Positions 17,870 to 28,031 of a DNA stretch of 32,000 nt are shown in pieces; the stretch's first letter is position 1; every line of letters begins with the position of its first letter. This DNA comes from Paracoccus suum (GTDB lineage Bacteria > Pseudomonadota > Alphaproteobacteria > Rhodobacterales > Rhodobacteraceae), in NCBI RefSeq assembly GCF_003324675.1, contig NZ_CP030918.1, positions 540,001 to 572,000 of the forward strand, given 5' to 3'. Under the pieces are notes generated by a model. It saw nothing but the letters and a program-made list of their open reading frames with translations. It did not search any database and was not told where the DNA came from. Both the position numbers and the translations under genes were made by a program.

Positions 17870-18633
17870 TGGTTCGCGCCGCATCCCTTGGACTGGCGGC
17901 ACTTCTTGCCGCCGGTCCGGCCCTCGCGCAGGGCGCAGCGCCCGCAGTTGCAGCCGCAGCGACTTCAGAGGCTCCGGCCGCGAACGCATCGGCACCTGCC
18001 GCAACTGTACCGCCAGCGTCGCCCGCCCCGGCGGCGGCTCCCGCCGCGGCCCCGACCCCTGCCGACCTGCCGCATGGCGTTGCCGACTATCATGCCGCCG
18101 CTGCCGGTCATTACGTCATGGACCCCGCTCATACGGCGGTCGTCGCGCGGGTCCCGCACATGGGCTTTTCGGTCAGCCTGTTCCGATTTGACCGGCCCGA
18201 GGCGACGCTCGACTGGGTGCCGGACGATCCGGCGCAAAGCCGCCTGACCGCCAGTGTCGAGCTTGCCTCGATCAGCCATCCCCTCGCGGGCTTTGCAGAG
18301 GTGCTGACCGGGCCGGACTACCTGAACGCCCCTGCCCATCCGAAGGCGACCTTTACGACGACTGGCTTTGTTGCCGACAGCCCTACTCAGGGCTCGATGA
18401 CCGGCGATCTGCAGATCATGGGCAAGACCCACCCTGCCACCTTCCAACTGACGCTGGTCGGCGCCGGGCGCGGGTTTACCGGCGACGATAACGGTAACCC
18501 GGTCATCACCGACCTGATCGGCGCCCATGCGGAAACCCAGATCGACCCGCAGGCCTATGGACTGAACGCGTTCTTCACCGATCCCATCACCATCCAGATC
18601 GACGCCGAGTTCGCCGTGCGTCCGGGGAAATGA
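17866..18633 (+). CDS. YceI-family periplasmic (polyisoprenoid-binding-like) protein with an A/P-rich linker
   Basis: ATGA overlap with the upstream gene. Signal peptide MMVRAASLGLAALLAAGPALAQG. YceI-like core Y.MDPAHT..V.RV.HMGFS......F. Confidence 0.7.
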   Translation: MMVRAASLGLAALLAAGPALAQGAAPAVAAAATSEAPAANASAPAATVPPASPAPAAAPAAAPTPADLPHGVADYHAAAAGHYVMDPAHTAVVARVPHMGFSVSLFRFDRPEATLDWVPDDPAQSRLTASVELASISHPLAGFAEVLTGPDYLNAPAHPKATFTTTGFVADSPTQGSMTGDLQIMGKTHPATFQLTLVGAGRGFTGDDNGNPVITDLIGAHAETQIDPQAYGLNAFFTDPITIQIDAEFAVRPGK

Positions 18634-18636
18634 GCC

Positions 18637-19287
18637 ATGCTGACCATCACAACCTATGACTGGGTGCCCGAATTCGCGCGCGGCTATGTGCGCGATCTGC
18701 GCCCCCGCTGGGCCTGCGAGGAGGCCGGGCTGCCCTACCGCGTGGAGACCGTGCCGATCGATCCCCGGACCGAGGCACACCGCGACATGCAGCCTTTTCA
18801 GCAGGTGCCGGTCCTGCACGAGGGCGATCAGGTGATCTTCGAGAGCGGCGCCATCCTTTTGCACCTGGCCGAGAAATCCCCTGCCCTCATGCCGGACGAT
18901 CCGGCGTTGCGCGGCGAGGTGACCCAATGGCTGTTCGCCGCCGCGAACTCGATCGAGACCGCGACGCTGCCCTGGCAAACGGCCAAGGTCTTTGACCACG
19001 ACGAGGCGGCGGCCGAGCGTGCTGCCAAGCGGATGAACCAGCGGCTGGCGCAACTCGACACGCAGCTGTCCGGCCGCGACTGGCTGGTCGGGGGCGGCTT
19101 TACGGTGGCAGACCTGCTGATGGCCGATGTCCTGCGTATCGTCGGCGACATGGGCGGGCTGGCGGGTTATCCCGCGCTCACCGCCTATGTGGCGCGCGCG
19201 ACCGGCCGCCCGGCCTTTGCCAAGGCGCATGCCGACCAGATCGCGCATTTTGCCGCCGCCGACGCGGCGCGCAAGGTAGACGCATGA
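18637..19287 (+). CDS. Glutathione S-transferase family protein
   Basis: 216 aa. The N-terminal thioredoxin-like part has QQVPVLHEGDQVIFESGAILLHLAEK. The C-terminal part is helical. It starts 3 nt after the yceI-like stop. Confidence 0.7.
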   Translation: MLTITTYDWVPEFARGYVRDLRPRWACEEAGLPYRVETVPIDPRTEAHRDMQPFQQVPVLHEGDQVIFESGAILLHLAEKSPALMPDDPALRGEVTQWLFAAANSIETATLPWQTAKVFDHDEAAAERAAKRMNQRLAQLDTQLSGRDWLVGGGFTVADLLMADVLRIVGDMGGLAGYPALTAYVARATGRPAFAKAHADQIAHFAAADAARKVDA

Positions 19288-19315
19288 TGGCGGACGCCGC
19301 CTTCTAGGGGCCTTG

Positions 19316-19336
19316 GCCGGACCGTCCGGCTTGTCT
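19316..19336 (+). terminator. Possible weak terminator after the GST gene
   Basis: GCCGGA-CCG-TCCGGC (6-bp stem) followed by TTGTCT. The stem is short and the U-tract is poor. Confidence 0.3.
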
Positions 19337-19368
19337 ATGTCGGGTGCGGACAAAGGAAAGCCGCCCCG

Positions 19369-22194
19369 ATGACGATGGACAAGAACTTCGACGCCGCCAC
19401 CGCCGAGGCGCGCATTGCCCGTGACTGGGACGCCGCAGGCGCATTCAAGGCGGGCGCCCATGCCCGCCCCGGCGCCGAGGCGTTCAGCGTCGTCATCCCG
19501 CCCCCCAACGTCACCGGCAGCCTGCACGTCGGTCATGCCCTGAACAACACGCTGCAGGACATTCTGGTCCGCTGGCACCGGATGCGCGGCTTTGACACCC
19601 TGTGGCAGCCCGGTCAGGACCATGCCGGCATCGCCACCCAGATGGTGGTCGAGCGCCGCATGGCCGAACGGCAGGAACCGAACCGGCGCGAGATCGGACG
19701 CGAGGCGTTCGTCGAGAAGATCTGGGCCTGGAAGCAGGAATCCGGCGACACGATCATCGGCCAGCTGAAGCGCCTCGGGGCAAGCTGCGACTGGTCGCGC
19801 AACGCCTTCACCATGTCGGGCGCCCCCGGCGCGCCGGCCGGCGAAGAGGGCAATTTCCACGACGCCGTGATCCGCGTCTTTGTCGATTTCTACAACAAGG
19901 GCATCATCTACCGCGGCAAGCGGCTGGTGAATTGGGACCCGCATTTCGAAACCGCGATCAGCGATCTGGAGGTCGAGAGCCGCGAGGTTCCCGGCCATAT
20001 GTGGCACTTCAAATACCCGCTCGCCGGTGGGGCCACTTATGAATATGTCGAGCGCGATGCCGACGGAGTCGAGGCCCTGCGCGAGACACGCGACTATATC
20101 TCCATCGCCACGACGCGTCCCGAAACGATGCTCGGCGACGGCGCGGTCGCGGTCCATCCGTCGGACGAACGCTACGCCCCGATCGTGGGGATCCTGTGCG
20201 AAATTCCGGTCGGCCCCAAGGAGCATCGCCGCCTGATCCCGATCATCACCGACGAATATCCCGACCCCGATTTCGGCTCAGGCGCGGTCAAGATCACGGG
20301 CGCGCATGATTTCAACGACTACGGCGTCGCAACGCGCAACGGCATCCCCCTCTATGCGCTCATGGACACCAAGGCGCAGATGCGGGCCGACGGCCTGCCC
20401 TACGCGGAAAGCGCCGCCATCGCGACGCGCGCCGCCCGCGGCGAGGATGTGGGGGACGTGTCCGCCGTGAACCTCGTCCCCGAACATCTGCGCGGCCTCG
20501 ACCGGATGGCGGCGCGCAAGCAGGTGATCGCCGAGATCACCGGCGAAGGCCTCGCCGTCACCGATGCCGAGGGCAATCCCGTGGTCGACGCCAAGCCGAT
20601 CATGCAGCCGCATGGCGACCGCTCGGGCGTGGTGATCGAGCCGATGCTGACCGACCAGTGGTTCGTCGACACCAAAAAGATCGTCCAGCCCGCCATCGAC
20701 GCGGTCCGAGACGGCCGAACCAAGATCCTGCCCGAGCAGCACGAGAAGGTTTATTTCCACTGGCTGGAGAACATCGAGCCGTGGACGATTTCCCGCCAGC
20801 TGTGGTGGGGGCACCAGATCCCGGTCTGGTACGACGAAGACGGCGAACAGTATTGCGCCGCGACCGAGGCCGAGGCGCAGGCGATGGCGCCCGGCCGCAA
20901 GCTGACGCGTGATCCCGACGTTCTCGACACCTGGTTCTCGTCCGGCCTCTGGCCCATCGGCACGATGGGCTGGCCGGGCGATACCGAGGAACTGCGGAAG
21001 TATTTCCCGACCTCCACCCTCGTCACGGGCTTTGACATCATCTTCTTCTGGGTCGCCCGAATGATGATGATGCAGTTGGAGCTGACCGGAAAAGTGCCCT
21101 TTGAAACCGTCTACGTCCACGGCCTCGTGCGGGACGAGAAGGGTGCGAAGATGTCCAAGTCCAAGGGCAATGTCATCGACCCGCTGACACTGATCGACGA
21201 TTTCGGCGCCGATGCGTTGCGCTTTACGCTCGCGGGGATGGCGGCCATGGGACGCGATCCCAAGCTGGGGCCGAAGCATGTCGAGGGAAACCGCAACTTC
21301 GTCACCAAGATCTGGAACGCCACCCGCTTTGCCGAGATGAACGGCGTTCGCGGCGGTGTCGCGCGGCCGGCGCCGGCCCATACCGTCAACCGCTGGATCA
21401 TGGGCGAGTTGGCGCGGGCTCAGGCGCAGGTCGACGAGGCGCTGACGGCCTTCCGGTTCAACGACGCCGCGGCCGCCCTTTACGCCTTCGCCTGGGGCAA
21501 GCTCTGCGACTGGTATGTCGAGGCGGCCAAACCCCTGTTCGACGGCGAGGCGGCCGAGGAAACCCGCGCCACCATGGGCTGGGTGCTGGACCAGACCTTT
21601 GCCCTGCTGCACCCCTTCATGCCCTTCGTCACCGAGGAACTGTGGCGCCTGACTGGCGAGCGCGATGCGATGCTGGCCGTCAGCGACTGGCCCGCGCTTG
21701 AGGCGGCGCAGATCGACCCGGATGCCGACCGCGAGATGAACTGGGTTATCACCCTGATAGACGCGGTCCGCAGCGCCCGCGCCCAAATGGGCGTGCCGGC
21801 CGGTGCTAAGCTGGATCTGGTCGTGACCGAGGCCGATGCGGCAGCGCGCGCGGCGCTGGCGTCCAATGCCCCGCTGATCGAGCGCCTCGCCCGGGTAAAC
21901 CCGGCGCAGGACGGGCAAATGGCCCGCGGCATGATCGCCGTCGCCGCGCCCGGCGCCAGCTTTGGCCTGCCGATCGGCGACGTCATCGACCCCGCGGCCG
22001 AGGCGTCGCGGTTGGAAAAGGCGGCCGCGAAGCTGGACAAGGACGCAAGCGGCCTGCGCGCGCGCCTCGGCAATCCGAAGTTCGCCCAGAACGCAGACCC
22101 CGAGGTGATCGAGGAGACCGAGGCCAAGCTTGCGGCCTTGGACGAGGATCTGGCCCGCGCCCGCGCCGCCATCGCGCAGCTGGCCGCGATGTAG
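19369..22194 (+). CDS. valS: Valine--tRNA ligase
   Basis: 941 aa. HIGH-type motif [20 protein letters not shown] motif [12 protein letters not shown], and a C-terminal coiled coil. Confidence 0.97.
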   Translation: MTMDKNFDAATAEARIARDWDAAGAFKAGAHARPGAEAFSVVIPPPNVTGSLHVGHALNNTLQDILVRWHRMRGFDTLWQPGQDHAGIATQMVVERRMAERQEPNRREIGREAFVEKIWAWKQESGDTIIGQLKRLGASCDWSRNAFTMSGAPGAPAGEEGNFHDAVIRVFVDFYNKGIIYRGKRLVNWDPHFETAISDLEVESREVPGHMWHFKYPLAGGATYEYVERDADGVEALRETRDYISIATTRPETMLGDGAVAVHPSDERYAPIVGILCEIPVGPKEHRRLIPIITDEYPDPDFGSGAVKITGAHDFNDYGVATRNGIPLYALMDTKAQMRADGLPYAESAAIATRAARGEDVGDVSAVNLVPEHLRGLDRMAARKQVIAEITGEGLAVTDAEGNPVVDAKPIMQPHGDRSGVVIEPMLTDQWFVDTKKIVQPAIDAVRDGRTKILPEQHEKVYFHWLENIEPWTISRQLWWGHQIPVWYDEDGEQYCAATEAEAQAMAPGRKLTRDPDVLDTWFSSGLWPIGTMGWPGDTEELRKYFPTSTLVTGFDIIFFWVARMMMMQLELTGKVPFETVYVHGLVRDEKGAKMSKSKGNVIDPLTLIDDFGADALRFTLAGMAAMGRDPKLGPKHVEGNRNFVTKIWNATRFAEMNGVRGGVARPAPAHTVNRWIMGELARAQAQVDEALTAFRFNDAAAALYAFAWGKLCDWYVEAAKPLFDGEAAEETRATMGWVLDQTFALLHPFMPFVTEELWRLTGERDAMLAVSDWPALEAAQIDPDADREMNWVITLIDAVRSARAQMGVPAGAKLDLVVTEADAAARAALASNAPLIERLARVNPAQDGQMARGMIAVAAPGASFGLPIGDVIDPAAEASRLEKAAAKLDKDASGLRARLGNPKFAQNADPEVIEETEAKLAALDEDLARARAAIAQLAAM

Positions 22195-22200
22195 CGGCCC

Positions 22201-22407
22201 TCAGCCGCGCCCGATCCGCTGCGCGGGATAGGCGTCGCGGATATGCTGCGAAAAGAACGCGCCGGCTGATCCGGCGGCCAGCAGGGCGTGATAAACCTTT
22301 TCTGGGACGTCCCGATAGGCGTAGCGGTCGCCATCCGGAAACCATAATACCAGCCGGCCGTCGGCCCATTCCGCCTGCAGGATGGCGCTGGAATCAAGGA
22401 CAGGCAT
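22201..22407 (-). CDS. KTSC domain-containing protein (68 aa)
   Basis: The track ORF 22201..22686 is over-extended. ATG 22407 gives MPVLDSSAILQAEWADGRLVLWFPDGDRYAYRDVPEKVYHALLAAGSAGAFFSQHIRDAYP, the KTSC pattern. Confidence 0.7.
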   Translation of the reverse strand: MPVLDSSAILQAEWADGRLVLWFPDGDRYAYRDVPEKVYHALLAAGSAGAFFSQHIRDAYPAQRIGRG

Positions 22408-22488
22408 CAGAGCGTCCGCCCGGGCGCGGGTTGACTCCGCCGTGCGGGCGCGCTCAAGAACGCGGCAAAGCGAGGGACTGGAAGCAGC

Positions 22489-23280
22489 ATGGCCGACACG
22501 ATCAAAAAGACCGAAGGCGGCCTGTGGGAGACCGTCAAGACGGTGTTCTGGGCCTTGGTGATCGCCGGCATTTTCCGCACGCTGTTCTTTCAGCCCTTCT
22601 GGATTCCCTCGGGCAGCATGAAGGACACCTTGCTGATCGGCGATTTCCTGTTCGTCAACAAGATGGCCTACGGCTATTCCCGCCACTCGTGCCCGTTCTC
22701 AATGTGCCCGATCACCGGGCGCATCCTCGGCTCGCAGCCCGAGCGGGGCGATGTCGTGGTATTCCGCCACCCGGTCCAGAATGTCGATTTCATCAAGCGG
22801 GTGATCGGCTTGCCCGGCGATACCGTCCAGGTTCGCGGTGGTATCGTCTACCTGAACGGCGAGGAAGTTCCCCAGACCCAGGCTGGCGAGTTCGTCGAGG
22901 CCAAGCTGCCGCAGGGTCCGCAGCAACTGATGCCGCGTTGCGCGAACGACCCGGTGCCGACCGGGGGCGAGTGCATCAAGACCCGTGCCACCGAAACGCT
23001 GCCGGGTGGCCGCCAGCACGATGTGCTGAACATCCTTGATGGCTGGATGGCCGACGACACGCCCGTCTTCACCGTGCCGCCGGGCAATTACTTCATGATG
23101 GGCGACAACCGCGACAATTCCGAGGATTCGCGCTTTGACCCGGCCACCGGCGGTCTCGGCTTTGTGCCCGAGGAATACCTGATCGGCCGCGCCGACCGGA
23201 TCATGTTCAGCTCAGCCGGGCGCTCGCTTCTGTTCATCTGGACCTGGCGCCCCGACCGATTCTTCAAGGCGGTGCATTGA
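22489..23280 (+). CDS. lepB: Signal peptidase I
   Basis: Motifs [15 protein letters not shown] (catalytic Ser), [12 protein letters not shown] (catalytic Lys) and [11 protein letters not shown]. Confidence 0.92.
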   Translation: MADTIKKTEGGLWETVKTVFWALVIAGIFRTLFFQPFWIPSGSMKDTLLIGDFLFVNKMAYGYSRHSCPFSMCPITGRILGSQPERGDVVVFRHPVQNVDFIKRVIGLPGDTVQVRGGIVYLNGEEVPQTQAGEFVEAKLPQGPQQLMPRCANDPVPTGGECIKTRATETLPGGRQHDVLNILDGWMADDTPVFTVPPGNYFMMGDNRDNSEDSRFDPATGGLGFVPEEYLIGRADRIMFSSAGRSLLFIWTWRPDRFFKAVH

Positions 23281-23975
23281 AACCTGGCGCGGATATCGCG
23301 GAATTTGCCCAACGGCTCGGTCATGAATTTGCCCGGCCCGAGTTTCTGGTCCGGGCGCTGACCCACGGCTCCATCGCGACGACGACCCGCCCCGACAACC
23401 AGCGGCTGGAATTTCTGGGCGACCGCATTCTGGGCCTGACCGTGGCCGAGGCACTGTTCCTCGCGGACAGCAACGCCTCCGAAGGGCAGCTCGCGCCGCG
23501 CTACAATGCGTTGGTCAAGGGCGAGACCTGCGCCAGGATCGCGCGCGAGATCGGTCTTGGCGAGGTGCTGAAGCTGGGCCGGTCCGAGATGATGTCCGGT
23601 GGCCGGCGCAAGGACGCGCTGCTGGCCGATGCGCTGGAGGCGGTGATCGCCGCCGTTTATCTGGACGCCGGCTGGGAGGCTGCGCGAGCCTTGGTCCTGC
23701 GCCTCTGGTCCGGCCATCTGGCGCGCGTTGCCGACGACGCCCGCGATGCCAAGACCCAGTTGCAGGAATGGGCGCAGGCGCAGGGCATGCCGCCGCCGGA
23801 TTACGTGCAACTGTCCCGCACCGGCCCCGACCACGCGCCCCATTTCCACATCGCCGCGCGCCTGACGGACGGCCGCGAGGCGGCCGCTGAGGGCACCGGC
23901 ACCAAACGCAGCGTCGAGCAGGCCGCCGCTCGCGCATTGCTGGACAGCCTGGCCGCAGAGAGGACCAGCACATGA
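23277..23975 (+). CDS. rnc: Ribonuclease III
   Basis: The TTG start overlaps the lepB stop. RNase III signature [13 protein letters not shown], plus a C-terminal dsRBD ([18 protein letters not shown]...[13 protein letters not shown]). Confidence 0.92.
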   Translation: MKPGADIAEFAQRLGHEFARPEFLVRALTHGSIATTTRPDNQRLEFLGDRILGLTVAEALFLADSNASEGQLAPRYNALVKGETCARIAREIGLGEVLKLGRSEMMSGGRRKDALLADALEAVIAAVYLDAGWEAARALVLRLWSGHLARVADDARDAKTQLQEWAQAQGMPPPDYVQLSRTGPDHAPHFHIAARLTDGREAAAEGTGTKRSVEQAAARALLDSLAAERTST

Positions 23976-24940
23976 CCGACAACATCGATCAGCCCGACGA
24001 CCCGCAATCCCCGCGTGAGGATGCGGCGCCCACCGGCGCCACCCGCGCCGGGTTCATAGCCCTGCTGGGCGAGCCCAACGCCGGCAAGTCCACCCTGCTG
24101 AACCGCATGGTCGGGGCCAAGGTCTCGATCGTGACGCACAAGGTGCAGACCACGCGCGCCCGCATCCGCGGCATCGCGATGGAGGGTAACAGCCAACTGG
24201 TGTTCGTCGATACCCCCGGCCTGTTCCGCCCGCGCCGACGGCTCGACCGGGCCATGGTCGCCGCCGCCTGGGGAGGCGCTGCCGATGCCGACGTGATCGT
24301 CCTGCTGGTCGAGGCGCAGCGCGGCCTGACCGACGGCGTCGCGGAAATTCTCGATTCGCTGATGAACAAGGCGCGCGGCACCCCGGTGGCGCTGGCGATC
24401 AACAAGATCGACCGGGTCAAGGCGGAGGCGCTGCTGGCCCTGTCCCAGCGCCTGAACGAGGCCTTTCCGTTCACCCGCACCTTCATGATCTCGGCCGAGC
24501 GCGGTCACGGTTGCGACGATCTGAAGGCCTGGCTCGCCGAGCAGGTACCCGAGGGGCCGTGGCTTTACCCGGAGGACCAGATTGCCGATCTGCCGATGCG
24601 CCAGATCGCGGCCGAGATCACCCGCGAAAAGCTGACACTGCGCCTGCACGAGGAAATCCCCTACCAGCTGACGGTCGAGACCGAAGCGTGGGAAGAGCGC
24701 GAGGACGGCAGCGCCCGCGTGGACCAGATCATCTACGTCGTCCGCGACGGGCACAAAGGTATCGTGCTGGGCCATGGCGGCGAGACGATCAAGGCGGTCG
24801 GCAAGCAGGCGCGGGCAGAACTGACCGAGTTCATGGGCCGCCCGGTTCACCTGTTCCTGCAGGTCAAGGTGCGCGAGAACTGGCTGAACGAGGCTGAGCG
24901 TTACGGTGAGATGGGCCTCGATTACCGTGACGGCGACTAG
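23972..24940 (+). CDS. era: GTPase Era
   Basis: ATGA overlap with rnc. G1 [10 protein letters not shown]3 DTPG, G4 NKID, and a C-terminal KH domain ([15 protein letters not shown]). Confidence 0.95.
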   Translation: MTDNIDQPDDPQSPREDAAPTGATRAGFIALLGEPNAGKSTLLNRMVGAKVSIVTHKVQTTRARIRGIAMEGNSQLVFVDTPGLFRPRRRLDRAMVAAAWGGAADADVIVLLVEAQRGLTDGVAEILDSLMNKARGTPVALAINKIDRVKAEALLALSQRLNEAFPFTRTFMISAERGHGCDDLKAWLAEQVPEGPWLYPEDQIADLPMRQIAAEITREKLTLRLHEEIPYQLTVETEAWEEREDGSARVDQIIYVVRDGHKGIVLGHGGETIKAVGKQARAELTEFMGRPVHLFLQVKVRENWLNEAERYGEMGLDYRDGD

Positions 24941-25145
24941 GTTTCCGGGTGGGACGGGCTGATTGTTCCGTGAAAACGGCGAGGTCAACTCGTCCCCGCG
25001 GGTTGTTTGCTGCGCCGGCTTCGAGCTTCTTGACGCGTCGCTGGAGAACTTGCCGGGCCGGCGTCGCCATCCTTAGTGTCGCCGGCATTTTCACTGTGCC
25101 ACTGGGGCTGCTGTCCGACCGCCCTGGCATGCCCGGGGCGTCCGC

Positions 25146-25469
25146 ATGAGCACCCCGCGGCTTGCCACCGGCCTGTGGGTCTCGGCCTGGCTGCACGGTC
25201 TCGATCTGGCGGGGCGGGCTGGCTATGTGCTGCGGCGTGGCGACAGCACGGCCGGCGCCGTGCTGGTCAAATGCGCGAGTCTCGACGGGCGGGCGGCGCT
25301 GTGGGCGCGGCAGTGGGATTACAAGACCGACACGACCGAATGGCAGCGCCGCGACGAGGGGACCGAGGCCGAGATTGACGCCATCATGACCCGCGCCCGA
25401 GCCGCCGATCCCGATCTATGGCTGCTCGAAACCGAGGCGCGGAACGGCGATCCGATGCTGATCGACTAG
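25146..25469 (+). CDS. DUF1491 family protein
   Basis: 107 aa. MSTPRLATGLWVSAWLHG...GAVLVKC...DPDLWLLETEARNG matches my recollection of the alphaproteobacterial DUF1491 pattern. Confidence 0.65.
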   Translation: MSTPRLATGLWVSAWLHGLDLAGRAGYVLRRGDSTAGAVLVKCASLDGRAALWARQWDYKTDTTEWQRRDEGTEAEIDAIMTRARAADPDLWLLETEARNGDPMLID

Positions 25470-25527
25470 GCGCCGGCAACCGGACTGGTAGAGCGCGCCC
25501 GTAGCAGGTCGGGGCGAGTCAATACGG

Positions 25528-26631
25528 CTAAGCGCTCGCCACCGCGCCCGGCAAGGCATCGGCCAGCAAGTCCATTGCCGCTTCCGGCCCGGTGCTGATA
25601 CGGATGCAGCGGTCCAGCGGCGCGACGCCTGGCATCCGCACGAACACCCCGCGCTGCGCCAGCCCTTCGAGCACCCGCCGCGCCCGCGCGCCGTCGCCAC
25701 CGCAGTCGAGCGCGACGAAATTGGCCGCCGAGGGCAGAGCTTGTAGGCCGCTAGCGTGGCCAATGGCTGCAATCCGCGCGCGTGACGCCGCAACGCGTGC
25801 GAGGATTTCGGCCAGCCATGCCTGGTCGCCGAGGGCAGCCAATGCGCCGGCCTGGGCGATCCGGTTCAGGCCGAAGTGGTTGCGGATGCGCTCGTACCCG
25901 GCGACGGCGGCAGCCGCACCAATGACATAGCCGATCCGCGCGCCGGCCATGCCATAGGCCTTGGAAAAGGTGCGAAAGCGCAGCACGCGCGGGTCCTCGG
26001 CGTCGATCCGGGGCAGCGCCTCGGGCGGCAGGAAGTCGGCATAGGCCTCATCCAGCAGCAGCAAGGCGCCCGATGGCAGCCGGTCCAGCATAGCCTCGAT
26101 CTGCTCGCGGGGCAGCCAGCTGCCCATCGGGTTGTCGGGATTGGCCAGATAGATCAGGCGTGCCCCGATCTCGCCCGCGCGGGCCAGCAGCGCCTCGGGG
26201 TCCTCGGCATCGTCGCGATAGGGCACCTTGTGCAGCGCCCCGCCAAAGCCCGCAACGTGGTAGTTGAAGGTCGGATAGGCCCCCTCCGACGTCACCACCG
26301 CCTCGCCCGGCGCCATGAAAAGGCGTACGGTCAGGCCCAGCAGCGCGTCGATCCCCTCGCCCAGCATGATGTTGTCCGTCGGCACGCCGTGCCGCGCGGC
26401 AAGGGCCGAGCGCAAATCATGCGCGTCAGGATCGCCGTATTGCCAGATCTCGCTGGCGGCAGCAGCCAGCGCCTCGATCGCACGTGGCGAAGGGCCAAAG
26501 CCGTTTTCGTTCGCGCCGAGGCGGGCGAGTATCGGCTGGCCGCTTCGGCGGGCAAGCGTCTCGGGCCCGGTAAAGGGCACGGTCGGCGGCAGGTCGGCGG
26601 CGATGGGGGCAAAACGCAGGGAGTTTGTCAT
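25528..26631 (-). CDS. hisC: Histidinol-phosphate aminotransferase-like class II PLP aminotransferase
   Basis: The track ORF is over-extended to 26754. ATG 26631 gives MTNSLRFAP.... Motifs LGANENGFGPSP, NPDNPMG and RTFSKAYGMAGARIGY (PLP Lys). It could be a paralog rather than the true hisC. Confidence 0.75.
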   Translation of the reverse strand: MTNSLRFAPIAADLPPTVPFTGPETLARRSGQPILARLGANENGFGPSPRAIEALAAAASEIWQYGDPDAHDLRSALAARHGVPTDNIMLGEGIDALLGLTVRLFMAPGEAVVTSEGAYPTFNYHVAGFGGALHKVPYRDDAEDPEALLARAGEIGARLIYLANPDNPMGSWLPREQIEAMLDRLPSGALLLLDEAYADFLPPEALPRIDAEDPRVLRFRTFSKAYGMAGARIGYVIGAAAAVAGYERIRNHFGLNRIAQAGALAALGDQAWLAEILARVAASRARIAAIGHASGLQALPSAANFVALDCGGDGARARRVLEGLAQRGVFVRMPGVAPLDRCIRISTGPEAAMDLLADALPGAVASA

Positions 26632-26690
26632 GCGCGCACGCAAGCCCAAACTAAGGGTCGGTGCAAGCGGTGAACGAAAGACCGCAACGC

Positions 26691-26718
26691 GAAAAAGGCG
26701 TCTCCAAAGAGACGCCTT
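26691..26718 (-). terminator. Rho-independent terminator of csbD
   Basis: The minus strand reads AAGGCGTCTC-TTTG-GAGACGCCTT followed by TTTTCGCG. That is a 10-bp perfect stem about 60 nt after the csbD stop. Confidence 0.7.
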
Positions 26719-26779
26719 CCTGGCGGCTAAACATCGTCGCCTACTCGTGAACAATTACAGGGTTAGCGGGTCAAGCCGA

Positions 26780-26977
26780 TCAGCGGTCGCGGAAGAAGTC
26801 GTCCACGTTTTTCTCGGCGTCCTGCTTGGTCCAGCCATAGCGTTCCTGCAGCTTGCCAGCCATCTTGTCGCGATTGCCCGCCATCTGGGTCAGGTCGTCA
26901 TCCGTGAGATCGCCCCACTTCTCTTTGACAGAGCCCTTGAGCTGTTCCCACTTGCCTTCAACGATATCCCAATTCAT
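26780..26977 (-). CDS. csbD: CsbD-family general stress protein
   Basis: The full 65-aa sequence is MNWDIVEGKWEQLKGSVKEKWGDLTDDDLTQMAGNRDKMAGKLQERYGWTKQDAEKNVDDFF, the classic CsbD pattern. Confidence 0.85.
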   Translation of the reverse strand: MNWDIVEGKWEQLKGSVKEKWGDLTDDDLTQMAGNRDKMAGKLQERYGWTKQDAEKNVDDFFRDR

Positions 26978-27017
26978 TCGCTTGGTCCCCTTCAGGTTTC
27001 AGCGTGTACATCGCAAT

Positions 27018-27042
27018 AACGCCTTGGCATCGGGGTGGTTCC
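27018..27042 (-). promoter_or_regulatory. EcfG-type (alphaproteobacterial general stress response sigma factor) promoter motif GGAAC-N16-CGTT upstream of csbD
   Basis: The minus strand reads GGAAC (27042-27038), a 16-nt spacer, then CGTT (27021-27018), about 40 nt upstream of ATG 26977. I checked every GGAAC and GTTCC I could find in the window, and this is the only full match. Confidence 0.6.
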
Positions 27043-27074
27043 GGGGCGGTAACGCGCGCCTGACGGCTGACCGC

Positions 27075-28031
27075 TCAGGCCACGCGGTCAGGCGCGGGGC
27101 GACCGGCCGCAACCGCGCGCAGGTTGTCGAGGGCGCGCATCGCCATTGCGGTGCGCACCTCCTCGGCGGCCGTGCCGATATGCGGCAGCAGCGTAGTGTT
27201 GCGCGTCTCGCGCAGGCGCGCTGGGACCTCTGGTTCGTGCTCGAACACATCGAGGCCGGCGCCGGCAATCGTCCCGGCCTCCAGCGCGGCGATCAGTGCC
27301 GACTCGTCGACGACATCCCCGCGCGAGATGTTGATCAGGATGCCATTGGGCCCAAGCGTCGCCAGGGCGGCGGCGTCGATCAGGTGCCGGGTGCCGGCAC
27401 CGCCGGGCACGGCCAGGACGACGAAATCGGACTCGCGCAGCACGGCCTCAAGCGTCGGAAGTTGCGCCGCGGGCGTGTGCAGCGAACTGACTGGCGAGCG
27501 GTTGAAGAACACGACCCGCATGTCGAACCCGAAATGGCAGCGCCGGGCGATGGCCTTGCCGATGCGGCCCATGCCGATGATCCCGACCGTCTTGCCGCCA
27601 AGATGGCGGCCAAGGAACTGGGTCGGTGTCCAACCGGTCCACGCGCCCGCGCGCAGCACGCGCTCGGCCTCGCTGGCGCGGCGGGCGGTCATCAGCATCA
27701 GCATCACGGCGATGTCGGCCGTCGCCTCGGTCACCACCTCGGGGGTGTTGGTAACGATCACATCGGCGGCGCGCGCGGCGTCTGTATCGATATGGTTGTA
27801 GCCGGCACCGAAGTTGGCGAGCACCCTTGTCTGCAGACCGCCCCCGGCAAAGGCCGCCGCGGTGAAAGCATCGCCCAGCGTGGGGATGATCGCGTCATGG
27901 CTACGTAGCGCCTCGGCGGCCTCGGCCTCGGTCAGCGGCACGGTCTCGTCGCGAAAAATGGCCTCGAACACCGCGCCAATGGCGGCCTCCGCCTCCAGCG
28001 TCATGCGCCGCGTCACCAGCAGCCGGCGCAT
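27075..28031 (-). CDS. D-isomer-specific 2-hydroxyacid dehydrogenase (glyoxylate/hydroxypyruvate reductase-like)
   Basis: The track ORF is over-extended to 28265. ATG 28031 overlaps the upstream stop (ATGA) and gives MRRLLVTRRM.... NAD-binding motif GKTVGIIGMGRIGKAIARR, and the catalytic region INISRGDVVDE...PHIGTA. Confidence 0.85.
   Translation of the reverse strand: MRRLLVTRRMTLEAEAAIGAVFEAIFRDETVPLTEAEAAEALRSHDAIIPTLGDAFTAAAFAGGGLQTRVLANFGAGYNHIDTDAARAADVIVTNTPEVVTEATADIAVMLMLMTARRASEAERVLRAGAWTGWTPTQFLGRHLGGKTVGIIGMGRIGKAIARRCHFGFDMRVVFFNRSPVSSLHTPAAQLPTLEAVLRESDFVVLAVPGGAGTRHLIDAAALATLGPNGILINISRGDVVDESALIAALEAGTIAGAGLDVFEHEPEVPARLRETRNTTLLPHIGTAAEEVRTAMAMRALDNLRAVAAGRPAPDRVA

Noticed and set aside
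17965-21918. Long minus-strand ORFs (17965..20226, 753 aa; 20278..21918, 546 aa) antisense to yceI, GST and valS
   Set aside because: Same shadow-ORF artefact. The plus strand encodes ValRS with intact HIGH and KMSKS motifs, plus recognisable YceI and GST proteins.
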